A stretch of DNA of 64,000 bases from Octopus bimaculoides (GCF_001194135.2 NC_068982.1:8440210-8504209), one strand, 5' to 3'; positions 13,949 to 28,545 are shown, counted from the first letter of the stretch. Numbers and translations: made by a program. Notes: generated by a model from the letters alone, not told the origin.

Positions 13949-14258
13949 GGCAATGAATATGGCGTCGGGCTCACAATCATGAAGTAGTAAGTTCGATTCC
14001 CGCATCGGGCTGTGTGTTGCGTTCTTCAGCAAGACACTTTAGTTCACGTTGCTCCAGTTCACTCGGCTGCAGAAATGAGTTGCGAGGTCACTGGTGCCAA
14101 GCTGTATCGTCCTTCGCCTTTTGCTCGGATAATATCAGTGGCGTGCAGAGGGAAGGCTGGTATGCATGGGCGACTGCTGGACTTCCACAAACAAACTTTC
14201 CCTACTTGTGCCTTGGAGGGGAACTTTCTAGGTGAAATCCCATGATCATCCATGATGT
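13949..14258 (+). mobile_element. tRNA-derived SINE family D (CORE/V-like central region)
   Basis: B box AGTTCGATTCC followed by TTCTTCAGCAAGACACTT...GCTCCAGTTCACTCGGCTG..AAATGAGT, typical of deeply conserved SINE cores. Confidence 0.7.
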
Positions 14259-14582
14259 AAGAAGGTTTTTTTTTTTACTTATTTCATAAACATTCATATG
14301 AAGAAAGGAAGCATCGAACTAGGAGTGATTTGAATCAGAACAAAAAGAAATGAAATCACATATAGATAACATACTTTATAATATTTATTGCATCGAACAT
14401 TAAAATGCTAAGTTGAAATAACAAAGAAACCATAGAACGGTCAACGCTAGCACTAATTGAATTTTTGTCAGCAGATATGAAAGATAATATGGATATGTTT
14501 CGGAATTCCGATTTCTCTGTAATTATCCAAGTAGTGATATATATTTCTTTCTTTTTTTTTCTTGTTAATTATCTTGGAGGCT

Positions 14583-14786
14583 GCGGCAAGTTGGCAGGCT
14601 CACTAGTACTCCATATAAAATTCTTACCGTTATTCCACCCGTCTTCGCGGTCTGAGTTCAAATTTCACTGATGTCGACTTTGCCTTTCATTCTTTCGGGG
14701 TCGATAAATTAAGTACTAGTTGAGTACTGTGATCGACTTACTCCTCTTTCGAGAATGCTAACCCTGTGCCAAAATTTGAAACCATT
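14583..14786 (+). mobile_element. SINE family A (GTCGACTTTGCCTTTCATCCTTTCGGGGTCGATAAA core)
   Basis: Head GCGGCAAGTTGGCAG, B box GAGTTCAAAT, core and 3' end GTGCCAAAATTTGAAACCATTA shared with the other copies in the window. Confidence 0.9.
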
Positions 14787-15752
14787 AATTTTGGAGTTGA
14801 CCTTGTTTAAAAAATATTAGGTACTGAAACAGAAGCAATCACATTGTGAAAGCAACATTTAGCAACACATGAAGGTATCAAATTCATTTTAAATTCAAAT
14901 TTATATCATGAGGTTCCAACATTTTTATCGCCCACCAATGACCAGGACAAGGATTTAATTCCATTGCAACTCAGTGACCAGGGGTCAGTTGTTTGACGAA
15001 CATTTTGAAATCTCATGAAGTAAACATAATTTGAAGTGAATTCAACATGATTACGTGTAATCATACGAAGAGCCATATAATGTAATTGCTATCTATTTAT
15101 TGGTGTGTGAAATAATATCGTTCAGAGATGAAGTCATTCATAGACGAAGCGGGTCTAATGATTCAGAAAAGTTTTCAATGCAATTTACTGTTTCTGTTAA
15201 GAATCTGTTCCAAAGTAAACACATTGAAAATTTGAATTAAAGGTAAGTGTCCATGTGTGGATATGTGCGTGCACGCATGTGTGCTATATGGATAACTTTC
15301 TTACGAATTCGTCAAAAGATTCTTCGAATCTGGATTTTAAACCGAAGGCAGATATCCTAGTTTCCGTCTCTCGCTTCCGCACATGGAACATGTATAACAT
15401 TGACAAAATAAGTTAATATTAACTTCTATGTTGTAGTTGAAGCAACATGTTCTTTCTCTATCTCCTTAACTTCTTGGAGATTTTAGGTGTAATTATACTA
15501 ATGTGTCCATCTGTTCTAATTTAATTAAATTCTATGTCTTTGTGCAGCTGAGGATTGCTCTGCATTTTAAATTGATGTAATGATTACATTGTTCAATTAA
15601 ATGGAGTTGCATGATACGATCGTACTGTATTACCTCTGGATATCCTTGTTGCTTATTTTGATTTTAATCACCTTACTTTGAAATTGTATGTATAATACCG
15701 TACTAAATACTGGTGCCTCATATTCACCTGAATCTCTCTCTATATCTATCTC

Positions 15753-15813
<61 letters not shown>

Positions 15814-16832
15814 ATCTTAAATATCGACGTCCTGTTTTGCATATATATATATANNNNNNNNNNNNNNNNNNNNNNNNNNNNNNNNNNNNNNNNNNNNNNN
15901 NNNNNNNNNNNNNNNNNNNNNNNNNNNNNNNNNNNNNNNNNNNNNNNNNNNNNNNNNNNNNNNNNNNNNNNNNNNNNNNNNNNNNNNNNNNNNNNNNNNN
16001 NNNNNNNNNNNNNNNNNNNNNNNNNNNNNNNNNNNNNNNNNNNNNNNNNNNNNNNNNNNNNNNNNNNNNNNNNNNNNNNNNNNNNNNNNNNNNNNNNNNN
16101 NNNNNNNNNNNNNNNNNNNNNNNNNNNNNNNNNNNNNNNNNNNNNNNNNNNNNNNNNNNNNNNNNNNNNNNNNNNNNNNNNNNNNNNNNNNNNNNNNNNN
16201 NNNNNNNNNNNNNNNNNNNNNNNNNNNNNNNNNNNNNNNNNNNNNNNNNNNNNNNNNNNNNNNNNNNNNNNNNNNNNNNNNNNNNNNNNNNNNNNNNNNN
16301 NNNNNNNNNNNNNNNNNNNNNNNNNNNNNNNNNNNNNNNNNNNNNNNNNNNNNNNNNNNNNNNNNNNNNNNNNNNNNNNNNNNNNNNNNNNNNNNNNNNN
16401 NNNNNNNNNNNNNNNNNNNNNNNNNNNNNNNNNNNNNNNNNNNNNNNNNNNNNNNNNNNNNNNNNNNNNNNNNNNNNNNNNNNNNNNNNNNNNNNNNNNN
16501 NNNNNNNNNNNNNNNNNNNNNNNNNNNNNNNNNNNNNNNNNNNNNNNNNNNNNNNNNNNNNNNNNNNNNNNNNNNNNNNNNNNNNNNNNNNNNNNNNNNN
16601 NNNNNNNNNNNNNNNNNNNNNNNNNNNNNNNNNNNNNNNNNNNNNNNNNNNNNNNNNNNNNNNNNNNNNNNNNNNNNNNNNNNNNNNNNNNNNNNNNNNN
16701 NNNNNNNNNNNNNNNNNNNNNNNNNNNNNNNNNNNNNNNNNNNNNNNNNNNNNNNNNNNNNNNNNNNNNNNNNNNNNNNNNNNNNNNNNNNNNNNNNNNN
16801 NNNNNNNNNNNNNNNNNNNNNNNNNNNNNNNN

Positions 16833-16903
<71 letters not shown>

Positions 16904-17787
16904 GGGGAACGACTGAAGGAGTGAGAGAGGAAAACGGGGGCGAGAACGAAGGAGGGGGAGAGAGCGAGAAGGAAGGAGGAAGAGGAAGAAATAAAGCAAG
17001 AGGAAGAAATAAAGCAAGAGGAAGAAAGACAAAATTCAGAGATGGGACGGAGAGAATAATTAGGAAGACAAATACTAATAAATATCAGATAACAAGTGAT
17101 GGCTGAATAAATAACAATTTTTGTATCGATTTCCTTTAATTAACGACAAAATTAATAGGTGTGTAATTGATTGAATCAACAGAGTATATTACTGCTATTT
17201 ATTTTATAGAACCATTACGGATGAAAGTCAAAATTTGGCTTTAGCAGTATTTCAGTTCGCTTAGTTCAGAAATAAATGGTGTTATAAGAATTTTGCCTGG
17301 CATTTTATTCGATTTTCACATAAAACCATTTGTATTATAATACCATTTGTGATATCCATATCTGGTTTTAAGAGACATCTATTAATGGATTGTCCATTAA
17401 TGATATGTATTTGCATGTTGTATTCACTGAGATGAGAATCGGAATAAATGGGAAAGTAAATCGGTTTATCTTTGAATAAAAAAAAAGAAAAAAAAAGAAG
17501 AAAATGATGAAAGCTTTATATGATAAAGATATCATTAAAACCTCTCAATATACATACATATAAACATATAAACATATAAACATACATACGTACAGACAGC
17601 TATAAACACACTCATATATATTGTTTGACTACATGGAGATGATATAAATATTCGCACGTGCAAAGGTGAAGTCACATTGTGTAATTACACCACGAGAGTT
17701 CTTAACATTGAAATTTCCTAAATTTATGTCGATTCTTTGTTCAAGAATGCAACAATAATTGCAGTTGAATATATATTTTAGTTTAGT

Positions 17788-18612
17788 CATAGCTGTTTGT
17801 TAAGAAGCTTGTTTCCCAACCACACGGTTTCAGGAACAGTTGCACTCTCGGGCACATTCGGCAATTGTTTTTAATTATATCTCGGAGGTCACCAACATCT
17901 TATGAATGGATTTGGGAGGTGGAAGTTGAAAGAGGGCCACCGTATATATATATATATATNNNNNNNNNNNNNNNNNNNNNNNNNNNNNNNNNNNNNNNNN
18001 NNNNNNNNNNNNNNNNNNNNNNNNNNNNNNNNNNNNNNNNNNNNNNNNNNNNNNNNNNNNNNNNNNNNNNNNNNNNNNNNNNNNNNNNNNNNNNNNNNNN
18101 NNNNNNNNNNNNNNNNNNNNNNNNNNNNNNNNNNNNNNNNNNNNNNNNNNNNNNNNNNNNNNNNNNNNNNNNNNNNNNNNNNNNNNNNNNNNNNNNNNNN
18201 NNNNNNNNNNNNNNNNNNNNNNNNNNNNNNNNNNNNNNNNNNNNNNNNNNNNNNNNNNNNNNNNNNNNNNNNNNNNNNNNNNNNNNNNNNNNNNNNNNNN
18301 NNNNNNNNNNNNNNNNNNNNNNNNNNNNNNNNNNNNNNNNNNNNNNNNNNNNNNNNNNNNNNNNNNNNNNNNNNNNNNNNNNNNNNNNNNNNNNNNNNNN
18401 NNNNNTATATATATATATATGTATATATTGGTGTGTCTGTGTTTGTCCTCCCACCATCGCTTGACAACCGATGTCGGTATTTTTACATCCCTCTAAAAGT
18501 TACCGATAAAATACGTGCTATGGTTACAAAGAATAAGTCCTAGGGTCAATTTGTTCGACTAAAGGCGGTGCTCCAGCATGGCCACAGTCAAATGTCCGAA
18601 GCAAGAGATGAA
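17788..18612 (+). mobile_element. SINE family C with N gap in its internal microsatellite
   Basis: Degenerate head before the gap, conserved 3' half (GACTAAAGGCGGTGCTCCAGCATGGCCACAGTC) after it. Confidence 0.85.
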
Positions 18613-19082
18613 ACCTGATATACCATGAACTACATATTTTTATTTAGTTTTCAAACCTGAATGCACACAGACAGACAGACAGACAGACAGATAGACACAC
18701 ACACACACACACACACACATACACACACAGTCACTTACATGATCAAGGCACACACATTTCATTCGTAATTTTTTCTAATTTTCGATTAAAATCCAGGAAC
18801 ACAACTGTTCATGAAAGACTGTAATGTATGATACAATGTACTGCAAGTGGTATGTGCGGTGCACATATAGTGGTAAATTTATATTTATTTTATCTTACAA
18901 GCAATCAGATCTGAGAGCACTGTAGTTCACGTGTACTAGAAACAGGTGTCGGCTAATGAAATTCTTTGCATAATTTCCTGTTCCCTTCTCATTTGTTTAA
19001 TCTCATATTAAGCTCTGTACTCGAAGCGCATGTATATTTAGCTCTATCACAAGCTTAGTGTCGATGTATCTAAGCGCCTTTA

Positions 19083-19299
19083 TTGATTTCAAATTTTGGC
19101 GCAAGATCAACAAATTCAGAGGAGAAACTAAGTCGATTGCATCGACCCCACAACTGAAACGGTGCTTATTTTATCGACCCCATAAGAATGAAGGGCAAAG
19201 TCAACCTTGACGGAATTTGATCTCAGAACGTAAAGACAGACGAAATACGGCTAAACAATTTGCTCGGCGTGCAAACGATTCTGCTAGCTCGCTTGCCTT
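19083..19299 (-). mobile_element. SINE family A
   Basis: Reverse complement of family head and core (TTATTTTATCGACCCC..GGCAAAGTCAACC..GGAATTTGA). Confidence 0.9.
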
Positions 19300-19815
19300 C
19301 ACTAAAAAAAATATTAAAATATTTATGTGTTTGCTAATTTAATAAGTATAACTGTGCTACAAGCGAACACTGTCCAAACACATATCTTATCGTCCTGAAG
19401 TCCTAAATAGATACTGGAAATAAACTGCGTTTTTTACATATATCACACCCAAATAATTTAGAATAAGCGGTTAAAGGGCGGGGAAACTAGAAATAAGCGA
19501 AAGTATGTTTATATAACATCTTTATGTAATTTACTACATGTAATTCGATAACTAAAATGGTGAGATGAAGCAAAGTTTTTATTGAACGGAAAATTTCAGA
19601 AAAAAATTAGTTTGACTGAATATATGAAAAGGGTTTATTTATTGACTTTACGCATAAGATACAAGATTTATTCATAAGCTTTTGTAACCCAAACAAGATA
19701 AAGACAATAAGCGAATTTGCATTATGACAAAGCTATAATATTAAATTACTACTGAAATAATTTTTGATTTTTCTCCATCAAATTTAAAGTAATGTATCCA
19801 TACACCCACCCGCCC

Positions 19816-19890
<75 letters not shown>

Positions 19891-20249
19891 CATCTGTCTG
19901 TCTGTCTAGAAAACAAAGAAATGACACTGGAAAACCAAATGTTATGTAATGAATATCATTAGCTTACAGCGGTTGCTGCTATAATATGTGGTGGACTCTA
20001 AGCTGAATGCCAGGATAACATCCTATAGCTTCATCAGAGCCTTGAATATGGAGAGCACTTTATTTGGGAAAATTACATTTTCAGAACATACGGCGTTATG
20101 AGTGAGAAAGTTTATGTTGATGGCTAGCGAAATATTAAAATAGAAAACTCCGTTCCGGTAGAGTTCTGCTAACTAATAATCCTTCGTCAGTGGGAAAATC
20201 CTATTAGGGAACCTCATTCAAGAAAATATTCATCAATATGAACTTTCGC

Positions 20250-20445
20250 TACAGTTCTATATTTAAGAGATGAGGAATTATTTGCATTATTTACATTATT
20301 TACATTATTTACATTTGACGGATATTTGCCCTCATCTTTGTTGTTATTAACACAACGTTTCGGCTGATATACCTTCCAGCCTTCATCAGGTGTCTTGGGG
20401 AAATTTCGAACCTGAGTTCTCATTTCTAAGGTATTTTTCGATATT
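20250..20445 (-). mobile_element. Solo pseudo-LTR of a Penelope-like element
   Basis: About 190 bp closely similar to 21505-21695, which terminates a Penelope RT/GIY-YIG fragment. Confidence 0.85.
20349..20394 (-). ncRNA. Minimal type-I hammerhead ribozyme motif
   Basis: GACAC-CUGAUGA-A-GGCUG(10 nt loop)CAGCC-GAAA-CG-UU/GUGUU: intact core, 5-bp stems I and II, palindromic stem III AACGUU. Confidence 0.8.
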
Positions 20446-20854
20446 TCTATTATTATATCGAATAATTGAATGTCTTGTAGCAGAATATCCGCAAGTTCTT
20501 ATTGCCAGGTTTCGGCCCCAAATGTTATAATATTTTACTAATGGGTCTGCTGAGAGACAGTCTCTTCAGCTCTCTCTGTTTTCCTATGCTGTAGTCCAAA
20601 TCTAATTTTTTAGGGAGGCATTGTAGTAGGGTGAATTAATCTATAAGACAAGGGACTTAACTCATGTTAGCAAACATGGATTTCACCGACGGGAAAATTG
20701 GTAAAAGTTATGGTTGAAAAGCTATATTTACCGCTATCCGGGGGCGCCTGGGGAAAAATAATTTGATAAAACTACAGCCATGGTCGTGACCAATGTCCTC
20801 CTAAAATTGGAGCAACATGCGTGCTAATTTGTGGACGTGCATAAAGTACATTAA

Positions 20855-20941
<87 letters not shown>

Positions 20942-21504
20942 ACATCCTGCCTTTTATTGATATAGATTATTCGGTGCATATGCATAAGCATACATATGGC
21001 ATGCATGTCGGAAGAATGCTGACAAGACATGCAATGAATGAAGCTCGATACCCAATAATGGAAAACGTATGGCTATAAGATGAAATGTAATTACTTTAGG
21101 AGAACGTGCATTTATAAAGCAATGAAAAATTACTAATTTTTGCCAATAAATTTTATACCATATAGGCATGTGTGTATGTGTGTGTGTATGTCTGTCTGTC
21201 TGTGTATGTGTATGCACAACGATGGCTTTCTAATATAGTTAGTATTCGTTTCTAAATACAATATCATCGTAAATGCTATTATCCTCTTTATGTGTATGTG
21301 TAGTAAAAAACTGAGTCCATCTCATTCACGTTATTGTAACCCATTTGTACAAGCCAAAAGAAAGCAGTGCATTCTTTGCTTATATATAAAATACAATTAA
21401 ATATCGTTACATACAAAATGACAGTGAAGCATAGCAAGCTGATATGCAGATATACAATAGCAATGTTATCTTAGTATTAATTAGTTTAAAACAATGGGCA
21501 CACA

Positions 21505-22290
21505 TACAGTTCTGTATTTAAGAGATGAGGAATTATATACATTATTTACATTAGTTACGTTTGACGGATATTTGTCCTCATCTTGTCTGTTGTTAACATA
21601 CTGCTTCGGCTGATATACCCTCCAGCCTTCATCAGGTGCCTTGGAGAAATTTCGAACCTGGGTTCTCATTCCTAAGGTATTTTTCGATGTTTTTGTTGTT
21701 CTCTGTCTATTATTTTAACTTCATCCTACAGGGGGAGGTGGTCTCCATTTTTCCATACATGATCAGCTATACCCAATTTATCAATATCTCCTCATGTCAC
21801 AGCTTTGCGATGCATGGGATGGAGTACACGCAGTTTTTGGTCATATTCTCTTCTATTGGTGGTTTTACCTGAAGGAGATATTTGCGAATTGTTGTATTAC
21901 TCTTGAATACTGTTCTGATGTCATATAGGTTGCATATATTTTGTATCTTTTCGGAGAGGTCTTTCACATATGGTAGACAAACTTTGAACAGTTCATTGGT
22001 TGCATCCTCTCTTTTCTTCATAATTGGAGTAGATAGTATGTTTTGGGGTAGTTGTTGGTTAATAGATTGTTACTGAGCTTGATCATTTCTTCGTAGTGTG
22101 TATCACGATCGCTACTTATATCCTTTGCTCGATGTTTTAGGCACTGAGCAATTTCTCTCTTTACGCTGTATAGATGGTGGGAATTGAAGTTAAGCTATCA
22201 ACCAGTGAAGGTCGACTTGTGGTACACGGATGGGCATACATGCACAATTGTGTTTCACCAAATTTGTTTCATCATAGCTTCCAACAAAAT
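21505..22290 (-). mobile_element. Penelope-like retroelement fragment (RT thumb, GIY-YIG start, pLTR)
   Basis: Minus frames VYHKSTFTG..LNFNSHH..VKREIAQCLKHRAK..NNYPKNIL; VCLPYVKDLSEKIQNICNLYDIRTVFKSNTTIRKYL..KNCVYSIPC; LGIADHVWK. Terminal repeat carries a mutated hammerhead (GAAA changed to GAAG) at about 21600-21640. Confidence 0.9.
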
Positions 22291-22963
22291 GGATATTTGT
22301 TATATAGTTTTCTACAAATATGCTTCAGATGGAGTAGGTTTTGATTGAGTTTGAATTCGTTGTGGAAAACGAAACGTTTTGTTGGGGTAGGGAGAGGAGT
22401 TTCAGAAAATTAATTTAAGTCGTCAAACCCTTCTGAAAAATAGGTGTTTTGAAATGGAAAAAATTCGAGAAAAAACTTTTCAGAGTGTGTAGAATATGAT
22501 TGTATCATATTTTAATATGAAAGTAGAAATTTCCGTGGGGATAGCATACGTACACACTGACACACATTGCATGTCTTTTTGAAAAATTGACTTTAAAACA
22601 AATTCTGATATAATCATAACCTATACCATGTGAAGCATATTTGTAGAAAATTTTCAATAAAAAATTTCTATTTTTCTGAATGTTATGAAGAAACGAGGTC
22701 GGTGAAGTACATATGTGTATGTATGGACCATCGAACTTTAGCCTGTCACTGTATATCATTGCACATGCGCTACTGGAAGTCCATAGTAAACTATTTTTTA
22801 AATATATAATTTATATATTTCTATATGTAAACGTGTGTTTATATGTATGTTTATATACGTGTGTTTAGATATGTTTCTAATCACTAATTTGTGTGTGTGT
22901 GTGTGTGTCTATATGTGTGTGTGTTTCTATGTGTGTGTGTGTGTCTAAATATGTGAGTGTGTT

Positions 22964-22998
<35 letters not shown>

Positions 22999-23059
22999 GA
23001 TACTCGAAAGGGACGCCAAACGATAGGATTGTAAATCAAAGGGAGAGAGAAATGTGACA

Positions 23060-23069
23060 AAGAGAAAGA

Positions 23070-23163
<94 letters not shown>
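23060..23163. repeat. (GA)n microsatellite
   Basis: Direct reading. Confidence 0.95.
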
Positions 23164-23167
<4 letters not shown>

Positions 23168-25191
23168 GGAAGGGTTAAAACGTAACAAACCGACCCTGTA
23201 AACTAACACACGCTTACCTCCCCGTTTTGGTTTTGCATAACCAACATTTGTTTTCAGCTGATATTTTCCTTCGTTGCATGTTGTTACTCGGATGGCATTT
23301 CTTGCACTTAGATTGATTAGAAGTAATTCTGAATGGAAGATCTTATTCAACTCGTTGGTATTCAATGTCAGAGTTCGGTGTTGTTTATTCCCTTCATGTT
23401 CTGGGATTTTCTTTTCAAATACTTTTGTACATCTTAACCAGTGAAGTGAACTAACCTACTTGCTGCTGTTGTATAATGCAGGATTATATAATGATACTTC
23501 GAGAGAGCTCCGTATTAGCATTTATTTATCTTTTAAATATACAAATGAAATGTACATTTTCCTCACATGGGAAACATTATCTGTCTACAATCTCATTCAT
23601 CTAAAGTTTCTAGTAACAATCACCAGTTGATGAGTTTCTCTGTGTATCATCTTTAAATTTTTGTAGAGACCAATCCAGGAGAGAAAATTTAGATGAGTAA
23701 CATGTTCCCTGTAATCGATAAGGCTGTTCTGTGCTGAGCCCCGCACCTCCTAAACTCCAGTTAAGCGCTCTCTACCATTAAGTTAAGTGATCTATGACAA
23801 CAGATACCGTTTTTATTTTTGTAACATTAGATATCCTAAAATGATAAAAAATATTTATATTTGTTAAAATAACCGCCACTTTTTCGTCACTTAAAACCAC
23901 ACCACGTTTTTTGTAGCCAATATCTTTTGACGAGGTTCATCTCATAGGGCTCTTTCATTAGAACACAGCTATTGTATAGATTCCGTTTACAATAGTTGAA
24001 ATATTTTGATTCAAAGTCAGTTTTGGGAGTTACATATCAAATGTATATCATATGTGCGATGCAGGCCTTTGGTTGGCATTTTAAACTTCGATATTTATTC
24101 AGTTTTAGTAATGAACAATTTGATGTTTGTTTATGCTGAACAAATTTGCTCAGTTATGAAACTTTAAATACATGTAAAGCTTGCATACTTATGGAGAAAT
24201 ATATGTATGCATTCTTAACTGCATCTCCTCAGTTTTCTTTTTATAATATAATATTCAATCCGAAAATGAGCGGCAATTACATATTAGAATATTGAAATGA
24301 TCAGTTGGAATGTTCGTGTATGTATGTGGGTAGGAAACTATCCATTAAGTTCCACTTGATAATCAAATGAACGTTCAAAGGGCCGGAAAAAGCGTTCAAA
24401 GATACAACTTGAATAATCACTGTTACTTCTTGTCAGTTCAAACGCAAAGTTCAAAGTTTTGATCAAATTAAAATGCAATTATACATCGTTCTAACAATTG
24501 GTTGAAGATCTTTATGATCGCTTTCCTTTCACCTTTTATGCAATTCTTATAGTGGGTCTTGAGTAGATATTTCTCTTTTTGTAATATCACACCAAAGAAA
24601 TTGATTTTTCGAAGATCAAAATAGCTCTCATGATATTGACGCCAAATTAAGCTAGATATACATTACAAAACTTTTCTAATCTACGTGATGGCACGTGAAA
24701 AGACGAAACTTCTATGAAATGAACAAATCAAATATCTAACATCGAATCATTATTCTAATAAACTTGAATAATTTGTATTGTTGTAGTAGAATTTTTACGA
24801 ACGTAGTTGGCAAAGTTTGGAAGTGTTCCAATGAAACCAACACAGGACACCAAACTAGGGTTGTTAATGGTTTTGTTATTATTGTTACTGAGCCCAAATT
24901 AATCTCTGACTGAGCAAATTTGTGATGGAAAGCATTCGGACATTAAAATGTAGGGAGGCACATGCTGTTACATTATCTAATTTACCTGCTCTTTTCTCAA
25001 GAAGATAGGGTGTATCGTAAGGTAGATCTTGTTGCTATTTTTTGTAAGTGAAAGGAGGGAAAAGACAGTGGTATACCACCAACCTCTACATTCACTACTT
25101 TCGTTAATTTCATTCGTCCCAGTCTTGCGTTGAAATCCAATGGTAGTTGGAGTTAAATATCATTGTCGTTAAGACAGTATAATTAAGATAA

Positions 25192-25386
25192 TTATTTCCA
25201 CTTTAGACACAAGGGGTAAGTCGAATGCATAGACCCCAATAATCAACTGGTACTTATTTCATCGACTCCGAGAGGACGAAAGGCTAAGTCAACCTCGGCG
25301 AAATTTGAACTTAGAATGTAAAGGCGGACGAAATGCTGCCAAGCATTTTGTCCGGCGTATTAACGATTCTTCTCGTTCGCCGCCTT
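25192..25386 (-). mobile_element. SINE family A
   Basis: Reverse complement of head (AAGGCGGCGAAC..) and core (GGTACTTATTTCATCGACTCCG..AAAGGCTAAGTCAACCTCGGCG). Confidence 0.9.
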
Positions 25387-25706
25387 AAGTATCATTAGAA
25401 TAACATTTCTTGATCGTGTTCTTACTTAGTGCCCGTCCACACTAATCTATCACTATTGTGATCAAATGTATTTAAGTAGACACAATTCCGGCCTTTGTTC
25501 AGTCGTAATGTATAAAATAATTCATTGTGTCTTGTTTTTCAATGCGGGCTAAAATTTGAAGAGATGGCAATTTATGTTATATGTAGTGACTGCTCGAATC
25601 TCTTTTATAATGCGTAACATTTATTATTGCTTTATTATTTAGTCACAATCACATTGAACAGAGAAATGAGCAAAAGTTTTCCAATCGTGACCATACTAGA
25701 ATTACA

Positions 25707-25792
25707 GGTATGACTTTATTACCTAACGTATGACTTTATTATGGTATGACTTTATTATGGTAAGACTTTATTATGGTATGACTGTATTACCT
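25707..25792. repeat. Minisatellite, about 16-bp unit GGTATGACTTTATTAT x5
   Basis: Direct reading of five imperfect units. Confidence 0.85.
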
Positions 25793-27066
25793 GACAACAC
25801 GATGCAATTGGAGAGGATTTTAGCTGTTAATTCAAGCAAGTCGAGAAGGCATAAGTGTCTGTTATTGGACTGAATAAGTAGCGATGAAATCTCCCTTCCA
25901 TTATTCAATAAAACTAATGCGGGAATTTACGCCCCCGCACAGATCGTCACTTTAAAGGTATTATTACTAAAATAGGGGAATGTCATTGAGATCGATCAAC
26001 TATGTAGAAAGAGCAGTTAAATGCCACGTAAATCAAATCTCAATGCCTTTAAAGATAAAATAGCGGAAAACGCTGGCGCAATTACAATTCAAAGAATGAT
26101 AGCCAAAGCAAGAAAGCTTTTCATAAAACGTTTGCTCAATGAAATTCCTCTTCGATCTAAAGAGTAGCCACAGAGCTCAAAAATCTTCTACTAGCGCTAT
26201 TGTTTGCCCCTGATACTTCTGCTACACTGTTACAGAAACTCCTGCGACTCAATAAATAATTACATGTCAGTTGAAATGTTAGAAACAGCAGTCATATGTC
26301 CTTCACTTCTTGTGTTACTATCTTAAAAGTAGGAGTATTCATAATATCATTTATTTCTAGATACATCGTGTTTAAAAAATGATGGGACAGCCATAACAAG
26401 AACGCCTTTAATCTCTGTTATGCTGCATCAGAATTGGATTGGGTTAAGCATCAACGACTGCAAGGGAGCGTCAAGGAGAGATCTCTATGCTGTCTTTTAA
26501 GCCAAGCATTCTTCAAAATAGACATTGTATTAATAGTATTAAACTCAAAGATTATGTAGACCATGATGAGATGGTCAAAATTACAAAGATTTCGATCATA
26601 TTTCTGCTGTGTCAAGGTTCATGTAGAACTGAACAATTAATATTATCATTCGCGAGGAAAATCTCACGAACTATCGCATGTATGCACATTGCTCATCTTT
26701 TCGCCTTCGGTCTCATGTTTTGTTTACCTCAGACGTTTAGGATACGAAACATCGTAAGAAAATCAGCGCTGGTGATAATTTCAATAGAAAATCTGTAGAG
26801 ATAACCTTAACACGTGGTTTATGTGAAAATTTAATGACAATGACATTTTCTACTGCAGCTCGGATATGGAAATTTAACTATATGACTACATATAAATATT
26901 CAAAATAGTTATTATTTACGAACATTTGCTAGTTCATACAGATTTGTGCATGGAATATCTACACATAGGACTGTGAAATAAGATACGTAATTTTTTGAAT
27001 ATGTAATATAGCTACACAAACATATAAGCATACACAATCTTATATATTCCTTCTCCTCACATATAT

Positions 27067-27503
27067 GCGGCTGTGCGGTAAGAAGCTTACTTCCTAACCA
27101 CATGGTTCCAGGTTCAATCCCACTGCGTGAAACCTTGAGCAATTCTCTTATACTATTGCCTCGGACCGACCAAAGAATTGTGAGTGGATTTGCTAGTAGG
27201 AAACTGAAAGAAGCCTGTTGTATATATATATATGTGTGCGTGTGTGTGTGTATGTGTGTGCGTATGTGTATCTATGTGTATGTGTATCTATGTGTGTGTG
27301 CCTTTGTGTCTGCGTTTGTCACCCAATCACCACTTTACAATCGTTGTTGGTCTGTTTACATCCCTGTAACTTAGCGGTTCGGCAAAAGTACTAGGCTTAG
27401 AAGAATAATTCCTGGGGTCGATTTGTTCCACTAAAAACCCTTCATGGCAATGCTCCAGCATAGCCGCAGTCAAATGACTGAAAGAAGTAAAAGAATAAAA
27501 AAA
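27067..27503 (+). mobile_element. SINE family C, full length, with internal (TA/TG)n tract
   Basis: tRNA-like head GCTGTGCGGTAAG..GGTTCAATCCC, body GAAACTGAAAGAAGCC, internal microsatellite, tail CAGTCAAATGACTGAAAGAAGTAAAAGAATAAAA. Confidence 0.92.
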
Positions 27504-27758
27504 GAATATATATATACATATATATANNNNNNNNNNNNNNNNNNNNNNNNNNNNNNNNNNNNNNNNNNNNNNNNNNNNNNNNNNNNNNNNNNNNNNNNNN
27601 NNNNNNNNNNNNNNNNNNNNNNNNNNNNNNNNNNNATTTCAAGGTTTTTAACTTTTAAATTTGTATATTTAAAAAAGATAGAAACTTCAAACTCGATATA
27701 TCCAAAATCGATTTATTTACCACTCTATGTCAACATTTCTGTGCCCAAACTTATCCAC

Positions 27759-27792
<34 letters not shown>

Positions 27793-27823
27793 ATAGGGGC
27801 ATGGGTGTATACTTATACACGCA

Positions 27824-27898
<75 letters not shown>

Positions 27899-28545
27899 CT
27901 ACATTCATGAGTGTGCGTGCCTGCGAGGTGAAATATATGCGCATGTAATTACACATAAATATTGTACTTTAAGTTCCTATAGAATTTGAGTTGGAAGATT
28001 CACAGGTTTCTTGGAAGTGAATCCGCTGCTTCCAATTTAGAAGTTTGATGCCATCCCCGCCTCTCTTAGACATATGCTTGTTATTTGGTAGTTTATACAT
28101 TGGTATAAATGCCAAATAGCCAAATAATGGATTTTAAAATGTCGTTCTTCTGCACTGGTTTAATTTAATGCCCCATTTAAAGAATTTTGAGGTGGTTCTT
28201 TCTCTCTCTCTCTTTCTGAATACGTATATGTAGTAGTTTTCGTGAAGCATTGTGTGATAGTACTTTAAATAGTTTTGTTGTGTAATGCCGGAACAATGCG
28301 AGAAGATATAAAGTAAACTACACATGAATTAGAAAAGAAAAGAAAAGAAAGTTGTAGTATTAACTTGTAGGACATTTGAAAAAGCGAGGGGTGGGGAAAG
28401 GGTTGTTGTTCAGATGTGTGGGGGAAAAGGGAGGAAGGTGACATACGCAAACTGGTGTCGCTATAGTAACCAGTTTGCTTCACATAGTTCCTTCCTCTTG
28501 TTTATGACCGATTGCGATGCGTGATTTTAATGGGTACCTTCAAAT

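Noticed and set aside
15127-15242. AG...GTAAGT-bounded segment
   Set aside because: Stops in all three frames; such signals arise by chance in 64 kb.
15688-17106. Long ORFs (up to 472 aa) spanning N runs, also at 9523, 17865, 41518, 49351-51368, 54329 and 61276
   Set aside because: They are open only because N codons translate as X; the flanks are microsatellite translations (YIYI, ERER, HTHT).
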